From a candidate division WWE3 bacterium GW2011_GWC2_41_23 (GTDB lineage Bacteria; Patescibacteriota; WWE3; UBA101185; UBA10185), in NCBI GenBank assembly GCA_000996895.1, contig LCBB01000002.1, positions 27,596 to 91,595 on the forward strand: 64,000 nt of DNA. Reading direction: 5' to 3'. A program made the translations under genes and the position numbers. Of this stretch, positions 48,179 to 58,968 are shown one piece after another (the stretch's first letter is position 1; the number at the start of each line of letters is the position of its first letter). The notes under the pieces are model-generated. The model was given only the letters and a program-made list of their open reading frames with translations, was not told the origin of the DNA and did not search any database.

Positions 48179-51100
48179 TTATTCTTCCGACTCCGCCTCC
48201 TGCTCGGAAATTTCTTCACTGGCTGTTTCTACAATTAATTCAGCAGACGGATCTGCTACTTCCGGTATAGCTTCCTCAGCCACTTCGGCCGGGCTTGAAT
48301 TTTCCTCTGAGGAATAAGCCTCAAGTCCCAAACCTAATCCGTTAAGTTTTCTGACTAGTAATTTAAATGTTTCAGGAACCGAGGATTCCGGAATTTCTTT
48401 TCCCTGCACCATCGCGCTGTAGGCCTGAGTTCTTCCCAGCATGTCGTCTGATTTGATGGTCAGTATTTCCTTAAGAATATTCGCGGCACCGTATGCTTCG
48501 AGAGCCCAAACTTCCATTTCCCCGAATCTTTGTCCGCCGAATTGAGCTTTACCTCCGAGAGGTTGCTGTGTAATCAAAGAGTAAGGACCTGTGGATCTGG
48601 CGTGCATCTTTTCTTCAGACATATGTATTAGTTTTAGAATGTAGGTATCTCCGACAACGATCTCGTTGTGGAAATATTCACCGTTTCTTCCGTCAATAAG
48701 TTTCATCTTTCCTGTTACGGGAAGACCTGCTTTTCGAAGTTCTGCCTCAATAAGCTCTTCGGGAATTTCCTGCAAAGAAGGGACTTCGTAAGTCTTACCT
48801 AATGTTTTTCCTGCCATTCCCAACGAAGCTTCCAATATTTGTCCGACATTCATACGTTTCAGAACTGCTTCTGAAGAAAATATAATGTCAACCGTAGAAC
48901 CGTCATCAAGCATAGGCATGTCTATTGAAGGAACGATTGCTGAAATAACACCTTTATTACCGTGTCTCCCCGCCAGTTTGTCCCCGACGTCAATTTTCTT
49001 TTGTTGGGCTACGTAAACCGTGATTCTCTCTATAGTTCCCGCGGGTAATGACTCATTGTCTTTTTTAGTAACTCTTTTTATTCCTATGACAACACCGTGC
49101 TCACCGTGTGGCATATATAAAGATGTATCACGTACATCTTTTGCCTTCTCACCGAAGATAGCTCTTAGAAGTCTTTCTTCAGATGTAAGATCCATTTCAC
49201 CTTTAGGGGCAACTTTACCGACTAGAATATCGCTGGATTTAACTTTGGAACCGATGGCAACTATCCCGTCCTCATCAAGATTTCTCAATGATTCTTCGGA
49301 AACGTTGGGTATGTCCCTTGTTATTTCTTCCGGTCCTAATTTAGTTTCCTGTACGGAAGTCTGGTAGTCGGATACGTGAATTGAAGTTAAAACATCTTCT
49401 TTCACAAGTCTGTCCGAAATAACAATTCCGTCTTCAAACTCCAAACCTTCATAAATCATGTAGGCTACTTTCATATTGGTTCCGATGGAAAGTTCGCCAT
49501 TATTTACTGCGGGTCCTTCGACAAGAACGTCTCCTGCTTTTACTTTTTGTCCTGTTTCAACGACTACATACTGGTTAAAACAAGTATCGCTGTTGGTCTG
49601 CTCAAATTTAGCGGCTGTGTATTCTACCTTGGAACCTTTTCCTCCGCGGCCGTATTTAACTACAACTCTTCTGGCATCGGCAAACTCAACAACCCCATCG
49701 TCATCTGCAAGAATAAGTGCGTTTGTATTACGTGCAATCTCACCTTCAATTCCTGTACCTATAATAGGCGTTTCAGGTCTGACCAAAGGAACAGCCTGTG
49801 ACATTTGCTGGGTTCCCATGAGTGCTCTTGCAATATCGTTATTTTGTAAGAAAGGAATAAGTCCTGCAGCTACGCCCACAACCTGTCGGGGAACAACTTC
49901 GATGTATTCAGCTAAAGCGGCATCGCCTAAGAAAAAGTTTCCACCTTTTCTCAGAGGAACTTGTTTATCAGTAATAAAACCTTTTTCATCCACCGCTACC
50001 GACTGGTCTGTAATGTGAGCGTTTTCTTCGTCGTAAGCAGCCAAATATACTATTTCGTCCGTTAATCTGACATCGCCTGACGGCTTTTTCTCGAGTTTAA
50101 TGTAAGGAGTTTCCAAAAATCCGTATTCGTTTACCTTGGCGTAAGAAGCTAGGTAGTTGATCAAACCAATATTCGGACCTTCCGGGGTTCTGACGGGGCA
50201 TACTCTTCCGAATGAGGAGTAATGAACGTCTCGTACTGAGAAACTCGCCCTTTCCTTTGTTAAACCCCCGGGTCCCAAAACTGAGAGTCTCCTTAAATGG
50301 TCGAGGGCGGTTAATGGATTTTGCTGATCATGAAGTTGTGACAGCTGACCGGTCGCAAAAAAACTGTGAACCGCTGCGGCTATAGCTCTGGGTGATATAA
50401 GAACACCAGGTTCGGGAAGAGTTTCCCGGGGTGACAAAGACATTCTCTCTTTGATATTCTTTTCCATTCTCAAAAAACCGATTCTCATCTGCCACTGTAA
50501 TAGCTCTCCCACGCTCTTTACACGTCTGTTTCCTAAAAAGTCGACGTCGTCGGGAACTCCTACTCCGTTATTTAGTTCTATTATTCTTGAAACTATTTTT
50601 AATAAATCCTCTAAGGTAAGCAATCTGTGGTCAGGATCATTTGGTATGTTTAAACCCAAGGATTTGTTTAATTTAAATCTTCCTACGTGGCCCATACTAA
50701 ACCTTCTTTTATTAAAGAACATGGCTGCCACAAGAGCTTTAGCGTTTTCCAACACCAGGGGCTCTCCGGGTCTCATTTTTCTGTATATTTCGATGCAAGA
50801 CTCCTCAAAACTGGATGCAGGATCCTTTGCCAAAGTCTCGTTTATGTAGTTTATCTCGGGATTAGATTCGACCCCTTCGAAAGCTTTTCTTATGTCTTCA
50901 TCTTCCTCAAGTCCGAAAACCCTCAATAAGGTAGTTACGGATATCTTTCTCTTTCTGTCTATCCTTACACTTAAAACACCGTTCCTTGAAGTTTCGAATT
51001 CCAACCAGACACCGCTCTTTGGCAGTATTTTTGCCCCGGCAAGAAACTGTCCCGTAACGGGAGACGGTTCTCCCGTAAAGAGAACTCCTTCTGCACGAAT

Positions 51101-51481
51101 TAATTGGTTAACGATAGTTCTTTCAACGCCGCTAATAACAAAAGTGCCTCTTTCGGTCATTAAAGGCAAATCGCCCATATATATATTGGATACTTTCTTC
51201 TTTTTTGTAAGTGGGTCTTCAATTGTGGCCTTGACGTACCAAGGCGCGTCGTAAGTTCTGCCGGTTCTCTTGGCTTCGGGTATGGATATATTTGCCTTCT
51301 CAATAGAAGGATCGGAAAGGGTAACTACCCATCCTCTGCCTGAGCTGTCCTCAACTGTACCCAACTCCTCAAGAATCTCTTTTAGACCCTCGGTCATGAG
51401 CCAGTTGTATGAATTTAATTGTATGTCTGCTAAGTTCGGAAGATTTAAAGCTATTTTTCTTTTAGAAAAGGTTTCTCTCAT
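48179..51481 (-). CDS. rpoB: DNA-directed RNA polymerase subunit beta
   Basis: 1100 aa with conserved RpoB blocks. Immediately upstream of rpoC. Confidence 0.98.
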   Translation of the reverse strand: MRETFSKRKIALNLPNLADIQLNSYNWLMTEGLKEILEELGTVEDSSGRGWVVTLSDPSIEKANISIPEAKRTGRTYDAPWYVKATIEDPLTKKKKVSNIYMGDLPLMTERGTFVISGVERTIVNQLIRAEGVLFTGEPSPVTGQFLAGAKILPKSGVWLEFETSRNGVLSVRIDRKRKISVTTLLRVFGLEEDEDIRKAFEGVESNPEINYINETLAKDPASSFEESCIEIYRKMRPGEPLVLENAKALVAAMFFNKRRFSMGHVGRFKLNKSLGLNIPNDPDHRLLTLEDLLKIVSRIIELNNGVGVPDDVDFLGNRRVKSVGELLQWQMRIGFLRMEKNIKERMSLSPRETLPEPGVLISPRAIAAAVHSFFATGQLSQLHDQQNPLTALDHLRRLSVLGPGGLTKERASFSVRDVHYSSFGRVCPVRTPEGPNIGLINYLASYAKVNEYGFLETPYIKLEKKPSGDVRLTDEIVYLAAYDEENAHITDQSVAVDEKGFITDKQVPLRKGGNFFLGDAALAEYIEVVPRQVVGVAAGLIPFLQNNDIARALMGTQQMSQAVPLVRPETPIIGTGIEGEIARNTNALILADDDGVVEFADARRVVVKYGRGGKGSKVEYTAAKFEQTNSDTCFNQYVVVETGQKVKAGDVLVEGPAVNNGELSIGTNMKVAYMIYEGLEFEDGIVISDRLVKEDVLTSIHVSDYQTSVQETKLGPEEITRDIPNVSEESLRNLDEDGIVAIGSKVKSSDILVGKVAPKGEMDLTSEERLLRAIFGEKAKDVRDTSLYMPHGEHGVVIGIKRVTKKDNESLPAGTIERITVYVAQQKKIDVGDKLAGRHGNKGVISAIVPSIDMPMLDDGSTVDIIFSSEAVLKRMNVGQILEASLGMAGKTLGKTYEVPSLQEIPEELIEAELRKAGLPVTGKMKLIDGRNGEYFHNEIVVGDTYILKLIHMSEEKMHARSTGPYSLITQQPLGGKAQFGGQRFGEMEVWALEAYGAANILKEILTIKSDDMLGRTQAYSAMVQGKEIPESSVPETFKLLVRKLNGLGLGLEAYSSEENSSPAEVAEEAIPEVADPSAELIVETASEEISEQEAESEE

Positions 51482-51700
51482 TAAGTTTTCCTCTAAATTT
51501 GGCCGTAAAAAAAATTTTACTACAAAAATGCGCTTTTATTAAGTTTTTCCGTAATTTCAATATGAAAAGTGGACCTTCTCAATATGAAAATGAAGCTTTT
51601 TCCAATAGAAAATCGACCCCAAAGGTCTTATTTCACAAAAATATTGGAAATGCTTTAGAACAGTGCGAAAACTACCACATCCCGAAAAGGTTGTCAACAT

Positions 51701-52288
51701 CTAATTTACGAACCCTGCCTTCCCTATCGGCCAAAACCGGAAAACCACCCTTCCGACGATATCCGAAGCTTCAACCATGCCGAAAACCCGAGAATCCAGA
51801 GAATTGCGCCTATTATCCCCCATTACTACGTAGTGACCCGCTTCGACTTCCACAGACCTACCCTCCAGCAAAAACTGACTTCCACCTACAGTACAACCGT
51901 TAGAACCCAGGTATTCCTCGTCCAGAGTAAACTGCTTACCATCACGGTAAATGTAAATTTTACACTCAAACACCTTAATGATGTCACCGGGTAACCCGAT
52001 GACCCTTTTTATAAAATGCTTAGAATCTTCGGTAGGGGGTACGAGCACAACCACCTCTCCTCTTTCATAATCTCTAAAATTTTTGGATATTTTATCTACC
52101 AGTATCCTTTCGCCTGTTTCGAAATTCGGTTCCATACTCGCCCCCCAAACTACCTCAACAGAACCTATCGTTATGTATAATATAAGAACTACGACAAGCG
52201 AAGTTAAAAATGATTCTGTTATTTCATAAAAATGTCTCTTTATATTCATGCAGGTTTTATGGTATTTATATAATATATAAATATGCAA
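51701..52288 (-). CDS. lepB: signal peptidase I
   Basis: S26 boxes: GASMEPNF (Ser box), KRVIGLPGD, GDNRRNSLDSR. The true start may be the internal Met (MNIKR) at 52249. Confidence 0.9.
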   Translation of the reverse strand: MHIYILYKYHKTCMNIKRHFYEITESFLTSLVVVLILYITIGSVEVVWGASMEPNFETGERILVDKISKNFRDYERGEVVVLVPPTEDSKHFIKRVIGLPGDIIKVFECKIYIYRDGKQFTLDEEYLGSNGCTVGGSQFLLEGRSVEVEAGHYVVMGDNRRNSLDSRVFGMVEASDIVGRVVFRFWPIGKAGFVN

Positions 52289-53881
52289 AACAATGCTCAG
52301 AAAGAAATTACATCACTTAAGGATTTTTTTCAAATCGCAAAAGAAAACTGGGTTACATTCTTTTTACTTCTCTTACTAGTCTTAATAGCTTACGGAAATA
52401 TGGCCAGAGGTGGGTTCCTGAATATGGACGACGAAAAAGGTATTTTGTACAACCCGGATATCGGGAATGTAGGGAAAAACTTTAGTTCCGGAATGCTTTA
52501 CAGCATGGAGTGGTCTTTGGTACATTCCGTTTTCGGATTAAAACCGGGGGCATTTCATATGTTTTCGGTGTTTACCCACTACATTAATGTGGTGATTCTG
52601 TTTCTCTTTGCCTATGCGGTCTTTGACAAACAAAAAGCTTTCATAGCCAGCCTTCTATTCGCAGTACACCCTGTGGCAAGCGAAGCCGTGGGGTGGCTAT
52701 CGGCAATCCACTATCTGCATGTTGTTTTCTTTACCCTGATTACGATGATTTTTCACTATCTTTTCTGGAAATCAAGACAAAAAAAATACTACGTCGCAGA
52801 AATTGGCATCTTCATCCTAGCTTTGGTAGTACTTAGAAACGCGTGGGTACTCACGTTACCTTTCTCTATGCTTGTTTTTGACCAGCTTATACTAAGAAAA
52901 AAGATTAATCTTAAATCGGCTCTTTGGATACTTCCCTATTTCATTTTGGCGGGCCTTCACGCCTACATAAATTTATTCGGAGGTTTTACCGCCAGGGTTA
53001 CAGATCTAAAACAAGACTACTATTACAACCCGTACACAGCTACCCCCTTGTTAAATAGGACACCCTACATAGTCTTCACTGTAGCAAAGCTATTGATATC
53101 ACCCCTGCCGTTAACGGTCTACCACGAAGGAATATACATAAGTATTGTTTCTTATATGGCAATGATTGCGATCACACTCGCCGTAATAATAGGAATATTC
53201 AAACTATATAAGAAGGCTCCCCCAGTAGCAGGACTCGTCCTGATTATCCTCATCTCAACTCTGCCTTCATTCAGTCCGGTAGCAATTGCCTGGTTTATTG
53301 CTGAGAGATATTTGTACCTTTCGACAATGGCATTCTGTTTAATACTGGCTTTTTTCATCCCCTACTTAGAAAAATATACGGGAATAAAGAAATTCACCTT
53401 TTATACTGTTGCACTGTTGTTAGCTTTCTACACAATAAGAACGGCAATCAGAACCCAGGATTTATTAAGCACGAGTAACCTATGGCACGCAACTCAAAAA
53501 GTATCACCTTTCAGTTTTAGAGTTTACAACAATCTCGGAGATGTTTACGCGAAAGAGGGAAGATTTGATCTTGCCATAGCAAACTTCCAAAAATCAATTC
53601 AGCTGGACCCCACTTTCGCGGACGCCGTTCACAACCTAGGCTATGTATATTTACAAATGAAAGATTACGATAACGCCTGGAAGTATCTTGAACAATCTTA
53701 CAAAATGAATCCCAGAATGTTTGGGGCAACTTACAAAATGGGAGTGATAGCTTATTATAAAGGTGATTATGACACAGCCAGAGCGATGTGGAATAAAACT
53801 CTCGAACTCAACCCCGGAGATGCAAATGCTATTTACGCGCTGGATATGCTGGAGAAAGCTGTTTCCGAAGTAGCGCAATAA
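52283..53881 (+). CDS. TMTC-like polytopic membrane protein with C-terminal TPR repeats (putative GT-C O-mannosyltransferase homolog)
   Basis: N-terminal GGFLNMDDEKGILYNPDI resembles the F.DD...I..N motif of the TMTC/DUF1736 family. About 10 TM helices. C-terminal TPR repeats (AKEGRFDLAIANFQKSIQLDP, ADAVHNLGYVYLQMKDYDNAWKYLEQ...). Confidence 0.65.
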   Translation: MQNNAQKEITSLKDFFQIAKENWVTFFLLLLLVLIAYGNMARGGFLNMDDEKGILYNPDIGNVGKNFSSGMLYSMEWSLVHSVFGLKPGAFHMFSVFTHYINVVILFLFAYAVFDKQKAFIASLLFAVHPVASEAVGWLSAIHYLHVVFFTLITMIFHYLFWKSRQKKYYVAEIGIFILALVVLRNAWVLTLPFSMLVFDQLILRKKINLKSALWILPYFILAGLHAYINLFGGFTARVTDLKQDYYYNPYTATPLLNRTPYIVFTVAKLLISPLPLTVYHEGIYISIVSYMAMIAITLAVIIGIFKLYKKAPPVAGLVLIILISTLPSFSPVAIAWFIAERYLYLSTMAFCLILAFFIPYLEKYTGIKKFTFYTVALLLAFYTIRTAIRTQDLLSTSNLWHATQKVSPFSFRVYNNLGDVYAKEGRFDLAIANFQKSIQLDPTFADAVHNLGYVYLQMKDYDNAWKYLEQSYKMNPRMFGATYKMGVIAYYKGDYDTARAMWNKTLELNPGDANAIYALDMLEKAVSEVAQ

Positions 53882-54812
53882 AGAATCCGTCGAAATACTT
53901 ATCCGGTAAAATCCTCGAAGCGCGTGAAATCCGCTCATCTAATTTATCTCCTTTGTGCAAAGTAAGACCCTGCACAAGCGTAAATTTTTTTATTCCGGTT
54001 TTTATCTCTACCATATCCAAGTCCGAAAATTTTTTAAGTGCCCAATTCACAACTGCTTCGTTTTCTTCGAAAGAATAGGTACACGTAGAATAAACCATAA
54101 GTCCGCCCGGCTTGAGCATGTTGTATCCGGAAGCAAGAATTTTCTTTTGTAGCATCGATATTTTTTTAGGAAGCTTAGGATTCCAAAATTTAAAAGAACC
54201 TTCATCCGAAAACCTAACATTACCTTCATTTGAACACGGAACATCGACTAAAACTTTATCGAACGTTCCACAAATCTGTGGGTATCTGGTACTCAAACCG
54301 ACTGCGTTGGATTTGATAGTTATCACGTGGGAGTATCCCTGTGAAAGTAAATTCTTTTTCATTGAATAGAAACGGGTAGAATTATTTTCAACAGCGTATA
54401 TATTTTCCGGCTCATCTGTAAGTGACGCTATATAAGAAGTTTTACTCCCGGGACTCGCGCACAAATCCAGTATCTTTTCTCCGGGTTTAGGATCCAGTAC
54501 GTTCACACCCAGCATACTGCTCAGTCCCTGAACATAAACAACTCCGTTTTTAAAAAGGTTGGTTTGTGAAATTTTTAATCCGTGAAGTGAAGATAAATTT
54601 ACGAAAGAACCCGCTAACGGGCCTTCGGTAATTTCAAACTCGGTCTCCCGCAACTTCTCCAACACTTTATCAACACCCGACTTCTTTGAATTTATCCTGA
54701 AAGTTTCGTACCTCGGACCGGAAATTGCATTCAAAACGTATTCTGCTTTATCGCCGAAAATCTCATTTAACTTATTAACGAACAACTCACGTTTCGTTAA
54801 GTTATTTTCCAT
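53829..54812 (-). CDS. RsmB/RsmF (NOP2/Sun) family RNA m5C methyltransferase
   Basis: ILDLCASPGSKTSYIA (SAM motif I), DVPCSNEGNVR (PC motif) and VYSTCT (TC motif). Confidence 0.85.
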   Translation of the reverse strand: MENNLTKRELFVNKLNEIFGDKAEYVLNAISGPRYETFRINSKKSGVDKVLEKLRETEFEITEGPLAGSFVNLSSLHGLKISQTNLFKNGVVYVQGLSSMLGVNVLDPKPGEKILDLCASPGSKTSYIASLTDEPENIYAVENNSTRFYSMKKNLLSQGYSHVITIKSNAVGLSTRYPQICGTFDKVLVDVPCSNEGNVRFSDEGSFKFWNPKLPKKISMLQKKILASGYNMLKPGGLMVYSTCTYSFEENEAVVNWALKKFSDLDMVEIKTGIKKFTLVQGLTLHKGDKLDERISRASRILPDKYFDGFFIALLRKQLSPAYPARK

Positions 54813-54829
54813 GACAGTGCTTTAATTTA

Positions 54830-57388
54830 CTAACGCAAGTTTTGCCCATGACAAAACTTATACTTCTTCCCGCTCCCGCATGGGCACGGATCATTTCTTC
54901 CGACTTTAACTTTACCTGACAATACCTGCTCTACTTTCAGAGTCCTCCCCATCTGATCTACCACCCTCGGACTGGAATTTCCCGATGCTTCTTCAGCCAC
55001 ACCGGTTTCCAGCTCGCCGTGCTGATAGCTTAATCCGGACAAAAGATTATTTTCCGCCGAAGACGCCCTTACTACGGTGCCTTTACTTGCCTTACTCAAC
55101 CTCTCCCCCACAAAAGCGTAAATACGCCCCAGTAAAATCTCAAACCTTTCGTGTCCCTCTTTTTTATATTCCACCATCGGATCTCTTTGGGCGTAGCCTC
55201 TTAATCCTATGCCGTCACGCACCTGATCCATATCAACAAGGTGATCCATCCAAAAATTGTCTATAACCGGCAAACTCCAGTCGGATAAAATATCGAGCCA
55301 GGTATCTTCTCCAAATTCTTTTTCTTTTTCGGTCCAAAGTTCTTCTGTCAGAACGGACGAGGATGCAAGTTTCTGCATTAACCAATCTTTATGTTCGGTA
55401 GTACCTGATTCAAGTTCTAATATTCTTCTTCTCAAAGAATAAATAACTTCACGGTGTACATTTATAACGTCGTCCATTTCAACAACTTGTTTTCTGCGGT
55501 CGAAGTTAAATCCCTCTACTCTTTTTTGAGCATTCTCTATAGACCTGGTGACCAGTCCTGCTTCCAATGGAACTGTTTCGTCGATACCAAACCTGTCCAT
55601 CATTCTGCTGACCTGCTCGCCGCCGAAAATTCTCATGAGGTCATCCTGAAGTGACACAAAGAATCTGGTTTCTCCCGGATCTCCCTGCCTACCCGAACGT
55701 CCTCTTAACTGATTATCGATTCTTCTCGAGTCGTGTCTTTCAGTTCCTATAACATACAAACCGCCTGCTTCTACAACTTCCCTTTGTTCATCCCCGACTG
55801 CAGGATCTCCTCCCAAAATAATATCGACTCCTCTTCCCGCCATGTTAGTTGAAATAGTCACCCCGCCTCTTCTTCCTGCCTGGGCAATTATCAATGCCTC
55901 CCGTTCGTGGTTCTTAGCATTTAATATTTCGTGCGGAACTTTTCGTCTCGACAAAAGTTCGTGAAGTTGTTCGCTTTTTTCAACAGAAGTTGTTCCCACC
56001 AAAACCGGCTGTCCTTTAGCATGTCTTTCTACTATATCATCAGCTACGGCTTTGAATTTTGCGCTCTCCGTTTTATAAACAACATCGTTCTGATCTTTTC
56101 TTGTATTTGGTTTGTTGGTAGGAATTACTACAACATCGAGTTTGTAAATTTTGTAAAATTCTTCGGCCTCGGTAGCAGCGGTACCTGTCATACCGGCGAG
56201 TTTCTTATACATTCTAAAATAGTTTTGATAAGAAATTTCCGCTAAGGTTTTTGATTCCTGCTGTATTTCCACTCCTTCTTTTGCTTCAATGGCCTGGTGA
56301 AGCCCGTGAGAAAACCTGTTGCTGGGTAATAATCTTCCGGTGAATTGATCGACAATAACAACCTTCCCGTCCTTAACAACATAATCCCGGTCTTTTTCAT
56401 AAAGAGCGTGAGCGGTCAGAGCTTCCTCCATTAAATGGACCATTTCGAAATCCTGCTCATACAAATTGTTTACTCCCAGCAATCTTTCAACACGTCTAAT
56501 ACCGAGATCGGTTAATGTTACGTTTTTATATTTTTCTTCAACTTCGTAATCAGAATTTTTCGCCAAAGTTTTAACAATACGGTCGGCGTCGAAATATCTT
56601 GAAGATGGTTTGGCATCAGCCGCTGAAATTATTAAAGGCGTCCTTGCTACGTCTATTAATATGGAGTCGACCTCGTCAACAATGGCAAAGTTGTGAACAC
56701 CGAACTCTCCGTTAGGATTTGTCTGCACCATGGAACCCAGCGAACGAACCATGTTGTCCCTAAGGTAATCGAAGCCGAACTCGTGATTTGTTCCGTAAAC
56801 AATTCCGCATTTGTAAGCGTCCTGTCTGGAAACTTCCCGTAAATGCACTGCATAGATGTCGTCGAATTCAGTTCCTTCAAAACTTTTGTCGTAAACAAAA
56901 GCCCTCTCCTGCATGATTACCCCGACACCAATTCCGAGATAGTCATAAATGTCGCCCATCCAACCTGCGCCGTGCCTGGAGAGATAATCGTTGGGGGTAA
57001 CCAAATGAGCTCCCCGCCCCGTCAAAGAATTTAAAAACAATGGTAAGGTCGCCGTAAGAGTTTTTCCTTCTCCTGTCTTTTGTTCGGAAATCTTGCCTTC
57101 GTGTAAAACCACACCCGCCATCAACTGAACGTCGAAATGGCGTTTTTCCAAAGTCCTGACCGATGCCTCGCGTACAAATGCAAAAGCTTCGGGAAGGATT
57201 TTTTCCATAACTTTTTTCTGAGCCTCGGCGTCTAAACCCGACAACTCTTTCTTCCATTCCTCTATTTTCAAAAGCATTTCTTCCCGGCTCATGTTTTTAA
57301 CAGATGGTTCGAAGGAGTTTATTGCAGCTACAAAGGGTTCTATCTTTTTCAGCTGTTTTTCGTTTGAATCAACAAATAACTTAAACAT
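54830..57388 (-). CDS. secA: preprotein translocase ATPase SecA
   Basis: 852 aa. DEAD-like motor, [10 protein letters not shown], and the C-terminal zinc finger [14 protein letters not shown]. Confidence 0.97.
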   Translation of the reverse strand: MFKLFVDSNEKQLKKIEPFVAAINSFEPSVKNMSREEMLLKIEEWKKELSGLDAEAQKKVMEKILPEAFAFVREASVRTLEKRHFDVQLMAGVVLHEGKISEQKTGEGKTLTATLPLFLNSLTGRGAHLVTPNDYLSRHGAGWMGDIYDYLGIGVGVIMQERAFVYDKSFEGTEFDDIYAVHLREVSRQDAYKCGIVYGTNHEFGFDYLRDNMVRSLGSMVQTNPNGEFGVHNFAIVDEVDSILIDVARTPLIISAADAKPSSRYFDADRIVKTLAKNSDYEVEEKYKNVTLTDLGIRRVERLLGVNNLYEQDFEMVHLMEEALTAHALYEKDRDYVVKDGKVVIVDQFTGRLLPSNRFSHGLHQAIEAKEGVEIQQESKTLAEISYQNYFRMYKKLAGMTGTAATEAEEFYKIYKLDVVVIPTNKPNTRKDQNDVVYKTESAKFKAVADDIVERHAKGQPVLVGTTSVEKSEQLHELLSRRKVPHEILNAKNHEREALIIAQAGRRGGVTISTNMAGRGVDIILGGDPAVGDEQREVVEAGGLYVIGTERHDSRRIDNQLRGRSGRQGDPGETRFFVSLQDDLMRIFGGEQVSRMMDRFGIDETVPLEAGLVTRSIENAQKRVEGFNFDRRKQVVEMDDVINVHREVIYSLRRRILELESGTTEHKDWLMQKLASSSVLTEELWTEKEKEFGEDTWLDILSDWSLPVIDNFWMDHLVDMDQVRDGIGLRGYAQRDPMVEYKKEGHERFEILLGRIYAFVGERLSKASKGTVVRASSAENNLLSGLSYQHGELETGVAEEASGNSSPRVVDQMGRTLKVEQVLSGKVKVGRNDPCPCGSGKKYKFCHGQNLR

Positions 57389-57426
57389 ATCGAAAATGAT
57401 TATATCACCGCTAGGTTAAGCAGGTA

Positions 57427-58251
57427 CTAATAGAGATATAAAAATATAAGTAATAACGAGAGCGCCAAACGGTAAACTACGAAAACTTTGAGCCCGTGGG
57501 AGTTCAAATATTTCATAAGACCTGAAACTGCAAGATACCCGGAAACAGCGCTTGAAAGAAATCCGGATATTAAAATTCCCATACCTGCGCCTGAGTAATC
57601 TCCTAAAGCATCGGGGAGTTGAAAGATACCCGCGGCGGCAATTATCGGTATAGACAGTAGAAATGAAACCTTTGCTGCCTGTAATCTGTTCAACCCCGAC
57701 AAGAGACCTCCCGATATAGTTGCCCCCGATCTTGAAAATCCGGGAAATAAGGCGAGACATTGAAATAAACCTGAAGTTAAGATTTTCTTAAAACTCAGCG
57801 CAGGTGCGGGTAATGCTTTATCTACAAGCTTCGTTTTTTTCTCGGCTACGAGCATAAGAATTGAACCCAGTATTAAAAAAATGGCCACGCTTAACATACT
57901 TCTAAAAGTCGCTTCGAGAAAGTCACCGAGGAAATATCCTCCTAACCCTGCGGGTATGGTCGCGATAAGTAGCCACATGACCAACTTACTTTCAGGAGAA
58001 AATTGTGAAAAAAATCGGCCGTATTTCTTAAAATCCAAGAGCAGCGAGTTAAACATCCCACGGAGGTCTTTGTAAAAATAAACAAGAAGAGCTGTTAACG
58101 TACCTAAATGGAGCGTGGTATCAAAAGCCAAACCACCTTGTTCCCACCCCAGTAACTCGGGAAATATAATAAGATGCCCGGAAGATGACACGGGAATAAA
58201 CTCGGTTAAACCCTGAACTATACCCAAAACAACTGATTGAAAAAAAGTCAT
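57427..58251 (-). CDS. uppP: undecaprenyl-diphosphate phosphatase
   Basis: GIVQGLTEFIPVSSSGHL N-terminal motif. 8 TM helices. Confidence 0.9.
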   Translation of the reverse strand: MTFFQSVVLGIVQGLTEFIPVSSSGHLIIFPELLGWEQGGLAFDTTLHLGTLTALLVYFYKDLRGMFNSLLLDFKKYGRFFSQFSPESKLVMWLLIATIPAGLGGYFLGDFLEATFRSMLSVAIFLILGSILMLVAEKKTKLVDKALPAPALSFKKILTSGLFQCLALFPGFSRSGATISGGLLSGLNRLQAAKVSFLLSIPIIAAAGIFQLPDALGDYSGAGMGILISGFLSSAVSGYLAVSGLMKYLNSHGLKVFVVYRLALSLLLIFLYLY

Positions 58252-58260
58252 TTATAAAGG

Positions 58261-58968
58261 TCAGACTTTTCCGTAGATTAATACGTTGTCTGAATTTGTG
58301 TAACCTGCAACTACTAAACAAGTAACGTTTTGCAAAAAATCACCAAGATATTCGATGAAGATATTTACATCGTCCTGATGGTGGTCAAGGTATATCCTGT
58401 TAAAAATTAAAAGACCGCCGGGTCTGACCATTTTCTTTACCGAAGTAATAAAATTCCCGGATTTTCCAAGATCCGGATACTTCTCGCCCTGAAAGATGTC
58501 GACAATACACACATTAAAAAACTCCGGCTTAAGGTCAAATTCCTCCGGTTCAATAACAACCCTCAGTGCGTCATCTATTATTACTCTATGGTTCGGGATT
58601 GAATCCAGATCGAAATAGTTTTTCGCGATATCCACCATAACAGGATCGATTTCGACGCTAACCATATTAGGAGCGTTGAATTTTTCGGAAATTAAGTGGG
58701 CCATTGTACCGCCGCCCAAGCCCAAAAGGAGTATATTTTTAAAATCCGGGGCGTTTTCTTCAAGGACTTCAATGACCTTTCCCCAAACAAGACGGTTAGC
58801 TGAGGGAGATGTATGTGATATCGATTGATCTATCTTGTCGACTTTGATTTTACGGGTCTTACCGACTTCCCAAACCTGCACCTTCCCGTTAAATTTCGAC
58901 TCTGTTTCGTATATGATCTTCGGCAACTGAATCCCGTCAAAAATGTTCATATTGACCCATACTATCAA
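58261..58968 (-). CDS. spermidine synthase-like (PABS fold) protein
   Basis: ILLLGLGGGT, VSVEIDPVMVDIAK and a D..Y..D-type region. Confidence 0.6.
   Translation of the reverse strand: MIVWVNMNIFDGIQLPKIIYETESKFNGKVQVWEVGKTRKIKVDKIDQSISHTSPSANRLVWGKVIEVLEENAPDFKNILLLGLGGGTMAHLISEKFNAPNMVSVEIDPVMVDIAKNYFDLDSIPNHRVIIDDALRVVIEPEEFDLKPEFFNVCIVDIFQGEKYPDLGKSGNFITSVKKMVRPGGLLIFNRIYLDHHQDDVNIFIEYLGDFLQNVTCLVVAGYTNSDNVLIYGKV

Noticed and set aside
44896-50929. Multiple plus-strand ORFs (60-180 aa) inside rpoC and rpoB, and similar antisense ORFs inside fusA, tuf, secA and the GT genes
   Set aside because: They are antisense to long, unambiguous conserved genes. They have no SDs and low-complexity Ser/Pro/Thr-rich translations typical of antisense frames.
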